A DNA stretch of 64,000 nucleotides from Patescibacteria group bacterium (lineage in GTDB: Bacteria > Patescibacteriota > Patescibacteriia > Patescibacteriales > GWC2-42-12). A model generated the notes under the pieces. That model worked only from the letters and a program-made list of their open reading frames with translations, made no database searches and was not told where the DNA came from. The position numbers and the translations under genes were made by a program. The first letter of the stretch is position 1, and each line of letters begins with the position of its first letter. This document shows positions 46,050 through 55,420 of the stretch, in pieces. The DNA is taken from contig JAQTVB010000002.1 of assembly GCA_028707005.1 (NCBI GenBank), positions 121 to 64,120 on the forward strand. Reading direction: 5' to 3'.

Positions 46050-46820
46050 ATGAAATTATCTATCGTCATCCCTGCTTTTAATGAAGAGAAATACATCGGT
46101 GATTGCTTAGAAGCCACTATTAAGGCGATGGCCGGCTTTCCAGAAGAAGTGGAAATTATTGTGATTAATAATGCCAGTACTGACAGAACGCACGACGTTG
46201 CCGCCGGCTACAGCCAGGTTAAAGTTTTTGACGAGCCGAAAAAAGGCACTAACAGCGCTCGCCAGCTGGGGTTAGTTAAGTCCAGCGGCGACTTAATCGC
46301 CAATATTGACGCCGACAATAAAATTAATGTAGAGTGGTTAAAAACTGTCTTTCAGGAGTTTAGCGCCAATCCTCGGCTGGTGGCCCTAAGCGGGCCGTAT
46401 TTATTTTATGATTTGACGCCGCTCTCCCGTTTTTTTGCCAAATTATATTATTGGTTGGCTTATCCGGTTTATGTGATCAGCAATAAATTTTTCAAAAGAG
46501 GCGGAGCGGTGATGGGCGGGAACGTGGTGATCCGCAAGTCGGCTTTGGAGGCGATCGGCGGTTATAACACCGCCTTAACCTTCTATGGCGACGATACGGA
46601 TACGGCAGTCCGCTTGAGTAAAGTCGGCTTGGTAAAATTTAATTATCATTTTACCGTTCAATCCTCTGGACGCAGGCTGGCCAACGAAGGACTGATGAGA
46701 GCCGGTTGGCGCTATGTCACCAATCATTTTTCCACGATTTTTTTCAAAAAGCCTTATGATACGGTCAAACATGATCTTAAAGATAAGTGCGCGGAAGTTT
46801 TGGCGAAGATAAAAGAATAA
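46050..46820 (+). CDS. family-2 glycosyltransferase
   Basis: 256 aa. LSIVIPAFNEE and DAD motifs. Confidence 0.85.
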   Translation: MKLSIVIPAFNEEKYIGDCLEATIKAMAGFPEEVEIIVINNASTDRTHDVAAGYSQVKVFDEPKKGTNSARQLGLVKSSGDLIANIDADNKINVEWLKTVFQEFSANPRLVALSGPYLFYDLTPLSRFFAKLYYWLAYPVYVISNKFFKRGGAVMGGNVVIRKSALEAIGGYNTALTFYGDDTDTAVRLSKVGLVKFNYHFTVQSSGRRLANEGLMRAGWRYVTNHFSTIFFKKPYDTVKHDLKDKCAEVLAKIKE

Positions 46821-46942
46821 TACGAATTACGAATTTAATACGAATTTACGAATAACTTATTAAGTAGAACAAGCTCTTTACTCGATATATCTCGTAATAA
46901 CCGTATTCGTATATTCGTATTAAATTCGTAATTCGTATTACT
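46818..46942. repeat. AT-rich palindrome (aatacgaattacgaat family)
   Basis: aatacgaattacgaatttaatacgaatttacgaata pairs with tattcgtatattcgtattaaattcgtaattcgtatt (about 36-bp arms). Confidence 0.75.
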
Positions 46943-46959
46943 GTGAAAATAAAAAATCT

Positions 46960-47970
46960 ATGAAAATCTTAATAACCGGCGGCGCCGGTTTCATCGGTTC
47001 AAACTTTATCCGTTATTGGCTGAATAAATATCCCAATGACCAGATCATCAACCTGGACGTTTTAACTTACGCGGGCAATCTGGAAAATTTACGGGATCTG
47101 GAGAGTAATAAGAATTATCAGTTCATCAAAGGAGATATCGGCGATGCCGAGTTGGTGAATGAAGTGGTGCAAAAAGGCATGGATCTAATAGTACATTTCG
47201 CCGCTGAAAGCCACGTTGACCGTTCGATAATGGATAGCAGTGATTTTATAAAAACCAATGTGCTGGGCACCATGGTCTTACTGGACGCGGCGAAGAATAA
47301 CGGCAAGATCAGATTTCATCATATTTCCACTGATGAAGTTTTTGGCGCTCTTACGCCTAAAGACAAGCCGTTCAACGAAAGCACGCCTTATGCTCCAAGA
47401 AGCCCCTATAGCGCTTCCAAAGCGGCCTCGGATCATCTGGTGCGCGCTTATTTCCATACTCACAAACTGCCGATTACCATCTCCAATTGTTCCAATAACT
47501 ATGGGCCGTATCAGTTTCCGGAAAAGATCATTCCTTTGTTCATCACTAATTTGTTGGAAAGAAAAAAGGTGCCGGTTTATGGCCGGGGAAAGAACGTCCG
47601 CGACTGGATTTATGTTGATGATCATAATGCCGGCATTGACGCCGTTATTAAAAAAGGTAAAATCGGCGAGACTTATTGCCTGGGCGGCGGCCAGGAAATT
47701 ACCAACTTGGAGCTTACCGGAAGAATCATAAAATTAATGGGCCAGGACCGAACCATGATCGAGTATGTGGCTGACCGGCCGGGCCATGATTTGCGCTATG
47801 CCATGGATTATACTAAAGCCAAGAAAGAATTAGGCTGGGAACCGGCCATGAGCTTTGACCGGGGCCTGAAACAAACGATTGATTGGTATAAAGCCCATGA
47901 AGCTTGGTGGCGCAAGATTAAGAGCGGCGAGTACTTGGAGTATTATAAAAAGAATTACTTGAAACGATAA
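46960..47970 (+). CDS. rfbB: dTDP-glucose 4,6-dehydratase
   Basis: 336 aa. GGAGFIGSN, a YSASKA catalytic triad context and DYTK. Confidence 0.93.
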   Translation: MKILITGGAGFIGSNFIRYWLNKYPNDQIINLDVLTYAGNLENLRDLESNKNYQFIKGDIGDAELVNEVVQKGMDLIVHFAAESHVDRSIMDSSDFIKTNVLGTMVLLDAAKNNGKIRFHHISTDEVFGALTPKDKPFNESTPYAPRSPYSASKAASDHLVRAYFHTHKLPITISNCSNNYGPYQFPEKIIPLFITNLLERKKVPVYGRGKNVRDWIYVDDHNAGIDAVIKKGKIGETYCLGGGQEITNLELTGRIIKLMGQDRTMIEYVADRPGHDLRYAMDYTKAKKELGWEPAMSFDRGLKQTIDWYKAHEAWWRKIKSGEYLEYYKKNYLKR

Positions 47971-47976
47971 TACCAT

Positions 47977-48837
47977 ATGTCAAAAGTTTTAATTTTGGGC
48001 GCTCAAGGAGGCTTGGGCCAGCAATTGGTAAAAGTTTTTACCGTCGATCATGAAGTAATCGCCTGGGATAAGGGCGAGGTTGACATTACCGACAGGGAAT
48101 TAATTTTGAAAAAAGTTAGCGATGTTAAACCGGAGCTGGTCATCAACGCCGCGGCTTATAACGCTGTTGATCGGTGCGAAGAGTCGGAAGAAGAATATGA
48201 CTTGGCCAAGAAAATCAATATCGACGGCCCAAAATTCTTGGCCGAAGCCTGTTTGCCTATCGGCGCTTTGTTGGTTCATTATTCTTCCAACTATGTTTTC
48301 GCCGGCGACAAGGCGGCCGGTTATTTTGAAAATGATGAGCCTAAGCCGGTTAATCGTTACGGCAAAACCAAGCTCCACGGCGAGAAAAGGATTTTAGAAT
48401 TGAGCGGCCGAGGCTTGAAGTGGTATATTATCAGAACTTCAAAGCTGTTCGGTCCTGCCGGCGCCAGCGCTATGGCTAAACCGGATTTTTTTAGTTTAAT
48501 GCTTGGGCAGGCGGCGGAGAAAAAAATAATCAAAGTGGTTGATAGCGAAGCCAGCTGTTTTACTTATACTCCCGATTTGGCCAAAGCTACCAAAGAATTG
48601 ATTCAGGCCGGCAAGAATTATGGCATTTATCATCTGGTGAACAGCGGGGCTTGCACTTGGTATGAGAGCGCGCTAGAATTGTTTAAGGTAGCTAATCTTA
48701 ATGTAAAAGTAATCTCTATTGCCGCCGATCAGCTGATTCGGCCGGCAAAAAGGCCGAAATACGCCGTATTGCTTAATACAAAATTGCCGCAGTTAAGAGA
48801 TTATCGGCAAGCGCTCGGGGAATATTTAAGAAGGTAA
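47977..48837 (+). CDS. rfbD: dTDP-4-dehydrorhamnose reductase
   Basis: 286 aa. ILGAQGGLG, NAAAYNAVD and YGKTKLHGE. Confidence 0.88.
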   Translation: MSKVLILGAQGGLGQQLVKVFTVDHEVIAWDKGEVDITDRELILKKVSDVKPELVINAAAYNAVDRCEESEEEYDLAKKINIDGPKFLAEACLPIGALLVHYSSNYVFAGDKAAGYFENDEPKPVNRYGKTKLHGEKRILELSGRGLKWYIIRTSKLFGPAGASAMAKPDFFSLMLGQAAEKKIIKVVDSEASCFTYTPDLAKATKELIQAGKNYGIYHLVNSGACTWYESALELFKVANLNVKVISIAADQLIRPAKRPKYAVLLNTKLPQLRDYRQALGEYLRR

Positions 48838-48922
48838 ATAATGAAATATGAATCATGAATAATGGCAAGCTGGGCGGTGAATTGAACCATAATTCGTAAT
48901 TCATAATTCGTAATTCATAATT
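48838..48922. repeat. AT-rich palindrome (atgaat / attcat family)
   Basis: aaataatgaaatatgaatcatgaataatgg pairs with ccataattcgtaattcataattcgtaattcataatt. Confidence 0.55.
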
Positions 48923-48925
48923 TTT

Positions 48926-49720
48926 ATGAAGGGCATAATTTTATCGGGCGGCAGCGCGACGCGCTTGTTTCCGCTCACGGCAACCACGTCAAAACAGCTT
49001 TTGCCCATTTATGATCGGCAAATGATTTTTTATCCGTTAAATGTTTTAGTTAAAGCCGGCATCAAGGATATTCTAATTATCGTTGCGCCGGAGCAATCGG
49101 GCAATTTTCTTAATCTATTAGGTTCAATCTTTGATAAAACCGGCGTTCGCTTGGAATTCAAGGTGCAGAAAATGCCGCGTGGCTTGGCCGACGCCTTTGT
49201 CGTCGGAGAAAATTTTATCGGCAAAGATAATGTTACCATGATACTCGGGGATAATATTTTTGAAGATGATTTTTCCAAAGAAATTAAAAGTTTTAAAAGC
49301 GGCGGCAAGGTCTTCGCCGTCAAAGTGCCTGATCCGGAGCGGTCCGGCGTGGTAGTCTTTGATAAGAAGATGAAAGCGGTGAAAATCGTGGAGAAGCCCA
49401 AGAAATGGCTAAGCGATTATATTATTCCCGGGCTATATATCTACGATAACCGCGTTATTGAAGTGGCTAAGCAGGTCAAGCCGAGCGCCCGCGGCGAAAT
49501 TGAAATCGTGGATTTGCATAATTGGTATTTACAGCGCGGCGAACTTACAGTCGGCTTGGTTAAGGGTAAATGGCTTGATGCCGGCACGTTTGATTCTTTA
49601 TTGGAGGCCGGCGTTTATGTCAAAGATAAAAAGCTTCATGAAAAATTCCACCCGGTCATTAATAAAGCGATCGTGGAATTCAATGAAGAATTAAAGAAAA
49701 TAGCCAAGAAAAAATTATAA
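48926..49720 (+). CDS. sugar-1-phosphate nucleotidyltransferase (short RmlA-like glucose-1-phosphate thymidylyltransferase)
   Basis: 264 aa. MKGIILSGGSATRLFPLT and LGDNIF. Confidence 0.8.
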   Translation: MKGIILSGGSATRLFPLTATTSKQLLPIYDRQMIFYPLNVLVKAGIKDILIIVAPEQSGNFLNLLGSIFDKTGVRLEFKVQKMPRGLADAFVVGENFIGKDNVTMILGDNIFEDDFSKEIKSFKSGGKVFAVKVPDPERSGVVVFDKKMKAVKIVEKPKKWLSDYIIPGLYIYDNRVIEVAKQVKPSARGEIEIVDLHNWYLQRGELTVGLVKGKWLDAGTFDSLLEAGVYVKDKKLHEKFHPVINKAIVEFNEELKKIAKKKL

Positions 49721-49766
49721 TTTGGCGCATAACCAGGAGGCTACGGCGCGTTATGCTACTCGGTTT

Positions 49767-50783
49767 ATGAAATTATCCGTCGGCTTTATAACTTATGGCG
49801 AATCAACGGCAAAATATTTGCCGTATTTTTTACCCAGCCTGCAAGCGCAGACTGATCATAACTTTCGTCTTTTAGCAGTTGACAACAGCCAAGAGAAAGA
49901 TAATAAAAATTCTCAATATATACGAAGTAATTTTCCGTACATTAAGTTAATCTGGCCGGGAGAGAATCTGGGTTTTGCCAAGGCTTTTAACATCATGATT
50001 GGGCAGGCATTAGCCCAAGGAGCGGAATATTTTTTGGTCCTCAATCCAGACATGATTTTAGAGGCGGATTTCATTGAAAAAATGGTTGAGGCGGCTCAAG
50101 CAGACGGGAAAATCGGCGCGGTGGCGCCGAAAATTTTAAAATGGGATTTTGAAAATAACGTGAAGACCGGGCAAATTGACAGCCTGGGTTTAACGGTAAC
50201 TAAAGAACATCGTTTTTTTGACGCTCATCAGGGCGCAACAGATGATCTTTCGGCCGATGCGGCGCAAGAAGTTTTCGGTTTTACCGGAGCGGCCGCGTTG
50301 CTGAATTTAAAAGCTTTGGCAGATGTCGCTTTTAACAACGGAAACCATGAAGAATATTTTGATGAGCTGATGTTTATGTATAAAGAAGATTGCGATTTGT
50401 CTTATCGTTTAAGATTGGCCGGTTGGAAAATTATTTTAGCGCCCGAAGCCGTGGCTTATCACAACCGCACAGTGGCTGGCGTAGGCCGCAATGATCTTGC
50501 CATTGCCCTAAATCGCAAGAATAAGAGCAAATTGGTAAAAGAGTGGTCGTTTTTAAATCAATGGATTCTACTTGGGAAATTTAAAAATTTGCCGTTTTCC
50601 TTAAAAATTAGATTGGCTTCACTGCTGTGTTCAGCGAAGGTGCTGGTATTTGTTTCACTTTTTGAGCCTTACCTGCTTAAAGCGTTGACTCATCTTTGGG
50701 CGATAAAGGGTGAAATAAAAAAGAGAAGGGAACAGCTGAAAATCAGGATTGGCATAGAAAAAATTGAAAAATTTATGGATTGA
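49767..50783 (+). CDS. family-2 glycosyltransferase (rhamnosyltransferase-like)
   Basis: I preferred the ATG at 49767 (MKLSVGFITYG) over the TTG at 49722. Contains DNS, NLGFA and DCDLSYR motifs. Confidence 0.8.
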   Translation: MKLSVGFITYGESTAKYLPYFLPSLQAQTDHNFRLLAVDNSQEKDNKNSQYIRSNFPYIKLIWPGENLGFAKAFNIMIGQALAQGAEYFLVLNPDMILEADFIEKMVEAAQADGKIGAVAPKILKWDFENNVKTGQIDSLGLTVTKEHRFFDAHQGATDDLSADAAQEVFGFTGAAALLNLKALADVAFNNGNHEEYFDELMFMYKEDCDLSYRLRLAGWKIILAPEAVAYHNRTVAGVGRNDLAIALNRKNKSKLVKEWSFLNQWILLGKFKNLPFSLKIRLASLLCSAKVLVFVSLFEPYLLKALTHLWAIKGEIKKRREQLKIRIGIEKIEKFMD

Positions 50784-50786
50784 TTT

Positions 50787-52382
50787 ATGGACAAGGATAC
50801 TTTTTATAACAATTCAGACGCTTATTTTACAGTTTTGAAGAATGAGCCGGAAGAGTATTACCGAGAATTTATAAAATTCGTTATGCATTATTTAGGCCGC
50901 GGGAATATTCTTGACTTAGGTTGCGGCACTGGACAATCCTCTTATTATTTAGCTCAAGCAGGTTTTGACGTGACCGGTTTTGATTTAAGTTCCAGATTTA
51001 TCAGCTATGCCAGAGAAAAATATCAAGATATCAAATTCAAGCAGGGTGATGTTGAAAAGAGCGGGTTTTTGGATAATAGTTTTGACGCTGTAGTTGCGTA
51101 TAATACCTTAGAACATTTTGCTGATCCAGAAAAAAGTCTCATAGAGATGGCTAGAATTGTAAAGGGAGGCGGTTTAGTGATTATACAATCGCCTAATCTG
51201 TTAAGTCCTAAATTGCCGCTTAGTGCCATGAAAAATGGCGGTATGACATTTGAAGGTAAGAAAAATTTTTTCAATTTAGTTCAGATGGCCCTCATTAATA
51301 CAGCGAAACTTTTGAGCAAATCAATTTTTAAGCAAGGAAAAATCGAGCCGAGAAAACCGAATTATAATTATTCTTTTCCGGATAATGATGCCAATAATTA
51401 TGCTAATCCGATTGATCTCAAAGTAATTTTAGAAAAAATAGGCATGCGAATTATTTTGTATCAGAAATTTGACTATTTAAGCGATGAAAAAAGTATTTGG
51501 CAAAAAATAATGGCTAAGTTATGCCCAAGCGCAATGGGCATCATCAGAATCATTGCCCAAAAAAATAATACGGCAAAAATATCGGCATGCCTCGTTGTGC
51601 ACAATGAAGAGAAATATATTGCAAGATGCCTGGAAAGCATATATGGCGCGGTTGACGAAATAATTGTCGTACATGACGGGGAGTGCGCCGACAAAACATT
51701 GGCAATATGCAAAAAATATACGGATAAAATATTCATAAGAAATCATGCTGGCGTGGCTGAACCGCACCGCCCCTTCAGTTTTCGGCAAGCGTCGGGGGAA
51801 TGGATATTAAGGATTGATGCTGATGAATTTTTATCAGCCGAGCTGAAAGAGCATATAAAAAATTTAGTTTCAGACAACAGTATTGGTGCTTATGAATTCT
51901 TATGGCCGATTTGGGACGGTAAGAAATATCTTACAAAACAATGGCCGCGCAAGAAGTGTTTATTCAGAAAAGATCAAGCTTCCTTTCTAGGCATGCCTCA
52001 CTATGTGGCCAATATCCACGGTAAAGTTGAAAAATGTGATTTTATTCTGGAGCATAGGCCGGATTACAACAATTTAGCCTGGACGGTGTTTAAAATTAAA
52101 TGGATTGGTTTGTCAAAAATTCAGGCCAGGATTTATTGCAAAAAATTTAGTGATATTCAAAAATATAACTATAGCGGCGATTCTTGGCCCAGAATAATAA
52201 AATTAAGAAAAAGGGTTCCACTTATCTTAATACCCTTTGAATTTATTGTTACTTTATTTAATAATTTGGTAAGCGGAGCTTGGCGAGGGGGTTATGCCGG
52301 TTTTTTATATTCGCTGTATTGCGCTATCTATCGGGTTATGGTTAATTATTATATTTTTTTATATAAAAGAGTTAAAAATTAA
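50787..52382 (+). CDS. fusion protein: N-terminal class I SAM methyltransferase plus C-terminal GT2 glycosyltransferase
   Basis: 531 aa. ILDLGCGTGQ in the N-half, and ISACLVVHNEE...DAD in the C-half. Confidence 0.75.
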   Translation: MDKDTFYNNSDAYFTVLKNEPEEYYREFIKFVMHYLGRGNILDLGCGTGQSSYYLAQAGFDVTGFDLSSRFISYAREKYQDIKFKQGDVEKSGFLDNSFDAVVAYNTLEHFADPEKSLIEMARIVKGGGLVIIQSPNLLSPKLPLSAMKNGGMTFEGKKNFFNLVQMALINTAKLLSKSIFKQGKIEPRKPNYNYSFPDNDANNYANPIDLKVILEKIGMRIILYQKFDYLSDEKSIWQKIMAKLCPSAMGIIRIIAQKNNTAKISACLVVHNEEKYIARCLESIYGAVDEIIVVHDGECADKTLAICKKYTDKIFIRNHAGVAEPHRPFSFRQASGEWILRIDADEFLSAELKEHIKNLVSDNSIGAYEFLWPIWDGKKYLTKQWPRKKCLFRKDQASFLGMPHYVANIHGKVEKCDFILEHRPDYNNLAWTVFKIKWIGLSKIQARIYCKKFSDIQKYNYSGDSWPRIIKLRKRVPLILIPFEFIVTLFNNLVSGAWRGGYAGFLYSLYCAIYRVMVNYYIFLYKRVKN

Positions 52383-52416
52383 TGATTTGCCAGCTTTAAA
52401 GCTAATTTTTTAAATT

Positions 52417-52932
52417 ATGAGCGCAAAAAAATTAAATCTTGGCTGCGGCAATGTAAGAATTTCGGGCTTTCTTGGCGTTGATCGGCTTAAAACGCCAGCC
52501 GTAGATTTAGTGCATGACTTAAATATTATACCTTACCCATTCGCCGACAACAGCGTGGAGGAGATAATCGCGGATAATGCTTTAGAGCATCTGAACGATA
52601 TCATTGCTGTCGCGGAAGAGCTTTACCGCATCTGCCAGAATGGCGCTATTATTAAAATTAGCCTGCCTTATTATAAATCGAGCGGAGCATTTACCGATCC
52701 GACGCATAAGCATTTTTTTACGGAGAATAGTTTTCAGTATTTCAGCCCGGAGCATGAATATAATTTTTATACTAAAGCCAAATTTAAGGTTATAAAAACT
52801 AAATTGCTGGCAAAAAACTTTGGCGACCGCCGGCATAAATTGAGAAACCTTTTGCCATTTAAGCAATTTTTTAATTTTTTTCTATTTAATATTTACGACG
52901 AGATTTATTTTGAATTGAAATGCATAAAATAA
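52417..52932 (+). CDS. small SAM-dependent methyltransferase (type 11-like)
   Basis: 171 aa. LNLGCG and NALEHL. Confidence 0.65.
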   Translation: MSAKKLNLGCGNVRISGFLGVDRLKTPAVDLVHDLNIIPYPFADNSVEEIIADNALEHLNDIIAVAEELYRICQNGAIIKISLPYYKSSGAFTDPTHKHFFTENSFQYFSPEHEYNFYTKAKFKVIKTKLLAKNFGDRRHKLRNLLPFKQFFNFFLFNIYDEIYFELKCIK

Positions 52933-52933
52933 T

Positions 52934-53791
52934 ATGGACCTCTCAATCATCATCGTTTCCTGGAACGTCAAGGACAGATTAAAAGAAAATTTACGGGCGT
53001 TGTTTGACAGCAAGCACGTCAGTTTTGAGGTGATTGTCGTTGATAATAATTCCGCCGACCGGACAGCCGAAATGGTAAAGAAAGAATATCCCAATATTAA
53101 GCTGATTGCTAACGCGGCCAATTTGGGTTTTGCCCGAGCCAACAATCAGGGCATAAAATTGGCGCAAGGAAAATACGTTTTGCTTCTTAATCCGGACATG
53201 AGGGTGTTTGACGACACGCTGTCAAATATGATTTCTTGGATGAATTGCCATGAGCAGGCCGCGGTTGCCGGCTGCAAGTTAATCGGGGAAGATGGAGTGA
53301 TTATTAGACATGTCCGCCGTTTTCCGAAGTTTTTAGATCAACTGGCGATTATTTTAAAGCTGCCGCATTTCCTGCCCAAAGTGACTAATCATTATTTAAT
53401 TAATGATTTTGACTACAAAAAATCAGCTAAAGTTGATTCTATCAGGGGCGGTTTTTTTCTGATACGCGCCCAGACAATTAAGCAAATCGGCTTATTGGAT
53501 GAGCAATATTTTTTATGGTTTGAAGAGGTGGACTATTGCCAGAGAGTGAGCCGCGCCGGCCTGGAAGTCTGGTACTCAAGCGCGGCCGAGTGCATTGATT
53601 TGGTGGGCCAGAGTTTTCGGCAAGTTAATTTATCTCTTAAGCAAAAGTATTTTCGCGATTCCATGCTCAAATATTTTAAAAAATGGCATGCGCCTATAGA
53701 GTATTGGCTTTTAAAATCAGCCTGGCCGTTGGGCCGGCTCTTGGCTTGGGCTGGGGAGAAACTGAAATTGAAGAGTCGGGCCAGGACGTAG
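52934..53791 (+). CDS. family-2 glycosyltransferase
   Basis: 285 aa. LSIIIVSWN, VDNNSAD, NLGFARANN and EEVDYCQR. Confidence 0.85.
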   Translation: MDLSIIIVSWNVKDRLKENLRALFDSKHVSFEVIVVDNNSADRTAEMVKKEYPNIKLIANAANLGFARANNQGIKLAQGKYVLLLNPDMRVFDDTLSNMISWMNCHEQAAVAGCKLIGEDGVIIRHVRRFPKFLDQLAIILKLPHFLPKVTNHYLINDFDYKKSAKVDSIRGGFFLIRAQTIKQIGLLDEQYFLWFEEVDYCQRVSRAGLEVWYSSAAECIDLVGQSFRQVNLSLKQKYFRDSMLKYFKKWHAPIEYWLLKSAWPLGRLLAWAGEKLKLKSRART

Positions 53792-53811
53792 AACATTAAA
53801 TGTTCATCATT

Positions 53812-53840
53812 AAAAAAGAGCCATCCCGGCTCTTTTGTTT
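53812..53840. terminator. bidirectional rho-independent terminator closing the glycan operon
   Basis: An A-run, an AGAGCC/GGCTCT stem, then a T-run. Confidence 0.65.
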
Positions 53841-53876
53841 ATAATAGTAGTATTATTTTTATTAATTTTAGCTAAA

Positions 53877-54200
53877 TTATATAATCCGGCTGCCGGGCGG
53901 CACTTCTTTTTCCGGCTGTAAGAGCACGGGATAGCCGTCCACGTCCGCGGCCATAATCATGCCCTGGCTAAGGTAACCGCGGAAAGTGCGCGGCTCCAGA
54001 TTGGTCAGGACCGGAATTTCTCTGCCCACGAGCACCGCCGGATCAGGGTAGTATTCAGCGATCGCGGACATGACTTGCAGTTCTTGGTCGCCAAAATCAA
54101 AAATCAACTTTAACAGTTTGTCGGTGCCTTCAGCCTTCTCAGCTGATTTAATTTTGCCAATTCTGATTTCCAACTTTTTAAAGTCTTCGTAGGTGATCAT
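53877..54200 (-). CDS. stand-alone tRNA-binding domain protein (Trbp111/EMAP-II-like OB fold)
   Basis: 107 aa. LEIRIGKI...AEKL and NLEPRTFRG...SQGMIMAA are typical of the MetRS-C/Trbp111 tRNA-binding domain. Confidence 0.8.
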   Translation of the reverse strand: MITYEDFKKLEIRIGKIKSAEKAEGTDKLLKLIFDFGDQELQVMSAIAEYYPDPAVLVGREIPVLTNLEPRTFRGYLSQGMIMAADVDGYPVLLQPEKEVPPGSRII

Positions 54201-54221
54201 AATTTTATGGGGTGATTTATT

Positions 54222-54806
54222 TTAAGTCACGGCCTTGGCCTCGTGCCTATTTTTGTAATAAGCGATGATTAACAACAGGTCAGCGATGATAATATAAATA
54301 GGGAAGGCCAACTCGGAAAAACTGAACGTTTGCAGAGCGAAAAAGCTGGTTAAGGCGCTAAAGACGCCGGAAACATAAGGCGCGACCGATTCGGTTTCCG
54401 CGTGTTTCCAGGTTTTGATCAACGTGGGCGCTTCGGCAAAGCTATCGCTCACAATAGATAAGATTATGGCCAGTAGCGGCTCCTTAGTAATCCACCAAAG
54501 CACTAGCGACAAAATTGAAATAGCGCCGCAGAGATAGTCAAATTTTTCCAACTTCCAATAAGCCCGGGGATTGATGAAAGAAGCGATGAAGACCAAGAGC
54601 GGGCCAAAGCCGGCCATGAAAACCGGCAATACGGCCCAGCGCACGCCGTCGGCCAAGCCGGCGGCCGTGGCGATCAGGGGAACGACCGACCAGAGCAGCC
54701 AAGTGACGCGGTTCGGCTTGGTTCGGCCGTGAACGGTGTCCCTGATGTAGCAAGAGATGCCGATTAGCTGCACTATGGCGCCGACTATAACAAGATATTG
54801 GAGCAT
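54222..54806 (-). CDS. polytopic membrane protein, unknown function
   Basis: 194 aa, hydrophobic and noticeably G+C-richer than its neighbours. Confidence 0.5.
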   Translation of the reverse strand: MLQYLVIVGAIVQLIGISCYIRDTVHGRTKPNRVTWLLWSVVPLIATAAGLADGVRWAVLPVFMAGFGPLLVFIASFINPRAYWKLEKFDYLCGAISILSLVLWWITKEPLLAIILSIVSDSFAEAPTLIKTWKHAETESVAPYVSGVFSALTSFFALQTFSFSELAFPIYIIIADLLLIIAYYKNRHEAKAVT

Positions 54807-54896
54807 AAATTAAGTTGATTATTTGATGTTTTATTTTCAGATTATTGGAATAATATAACTCTCGTAAGACGTAGCTATTTATACCTTAAAGCGTTT

Positions 54897-54955
54897 CGTC
54901 CTAACGTATCTGCGATAGGCGCGACGTTTCAATATTGCTTATCGCGTGTTAGACG
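54897..54955. repeat. attC-like site 1
   Basis: cgtcCTAACgtatctGCGATAGg...cTTATCGCgtGTTAGACg. A degenerate extra GTAAGAC core lies at 54863. Confidence 0.55.
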
Positions 54956-54971
54956 ATGTAGCTAAATTAAT

Positions 54972-55310
54972 TTATCCTAATTTACTACCATTAGGCACGT
55001 CTTTATCAGGAACTGCTAACACGACAGAACCATCATCTCTATAAAAACCGGAACACAAAAATTCAGATATTAAAGGGCCGATTTGTTTGGGCGGAAAATT
55101 AACTACTCCAATAATTTTTCTATTTAACAGATCTGCCTTTGAATATAAATCGGTTATTCTTGCGCTAGATTTTTTAATACCAATTTCTGGCCCAAAGTCC
55201 ACTTTTATTTTATAAGCAGGAATTTTTGCTTGAGGGAAATCTTCTACTTTAATAATAGTTCCGACTCGCAATTCTACTTTTTCAAATTCATTCCAATTTA
55301 TTTGTTCCAT
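54972..55310 (-). CDS. csaA: CsaA/YgjH-type tRNA-binding protein
   Basis: The 113-aa form starts at [19 protein letters not shown] (ATG at 55310). The longer ORF-track start runs through an attC-like site. Confidence 0.75.
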   Translation of the reverse strand: MEQINWNEFEKVELRVGTIIKVEDFPQAKIPAYKIKVDFGPEIGIKKSSARITDLYSKADLLNRKIIGVVNFPPKQIGPLISEFLCSGFYRDDGSVVLAVPDKDVPNGSKLG

Positions 55311-55339
55311 ATTGATAAAAGATAAATTTATTTGGCTAT

Positions 55340-55404
55340 GTCGCCTAACGTATCGGGATATCCGTAGTTTTTGCGACCGACGGAAGCAAAAATTAGGGCG
55401 GAGC
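55340..55404. repeat. attC-like site 2, left half (AAC core plus inner box) with a local degenerate closing stem
   Basis: gtcgCCTAACgtatCGGGATATCCG. The matching inner box CGGATATCCCG lies 310 bp away at 55677-55687. Confidence 0.5.
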
Positions 55405-55420
55405 AAAAAATATTTTAAAT

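Noticed and set aside
47258-47731. The alternative-frame ORFs (157 aa plus strand, 115 aa minus strand) inside rfbB. Similar internal ORFs occur in secA, secD, mreB and the dehydrogenase gene.
   Set aside because: They are fully nested in genes with strong family motifs and have low-complexity, Arg/Ser-rich translations. I treated them as frame shadows.
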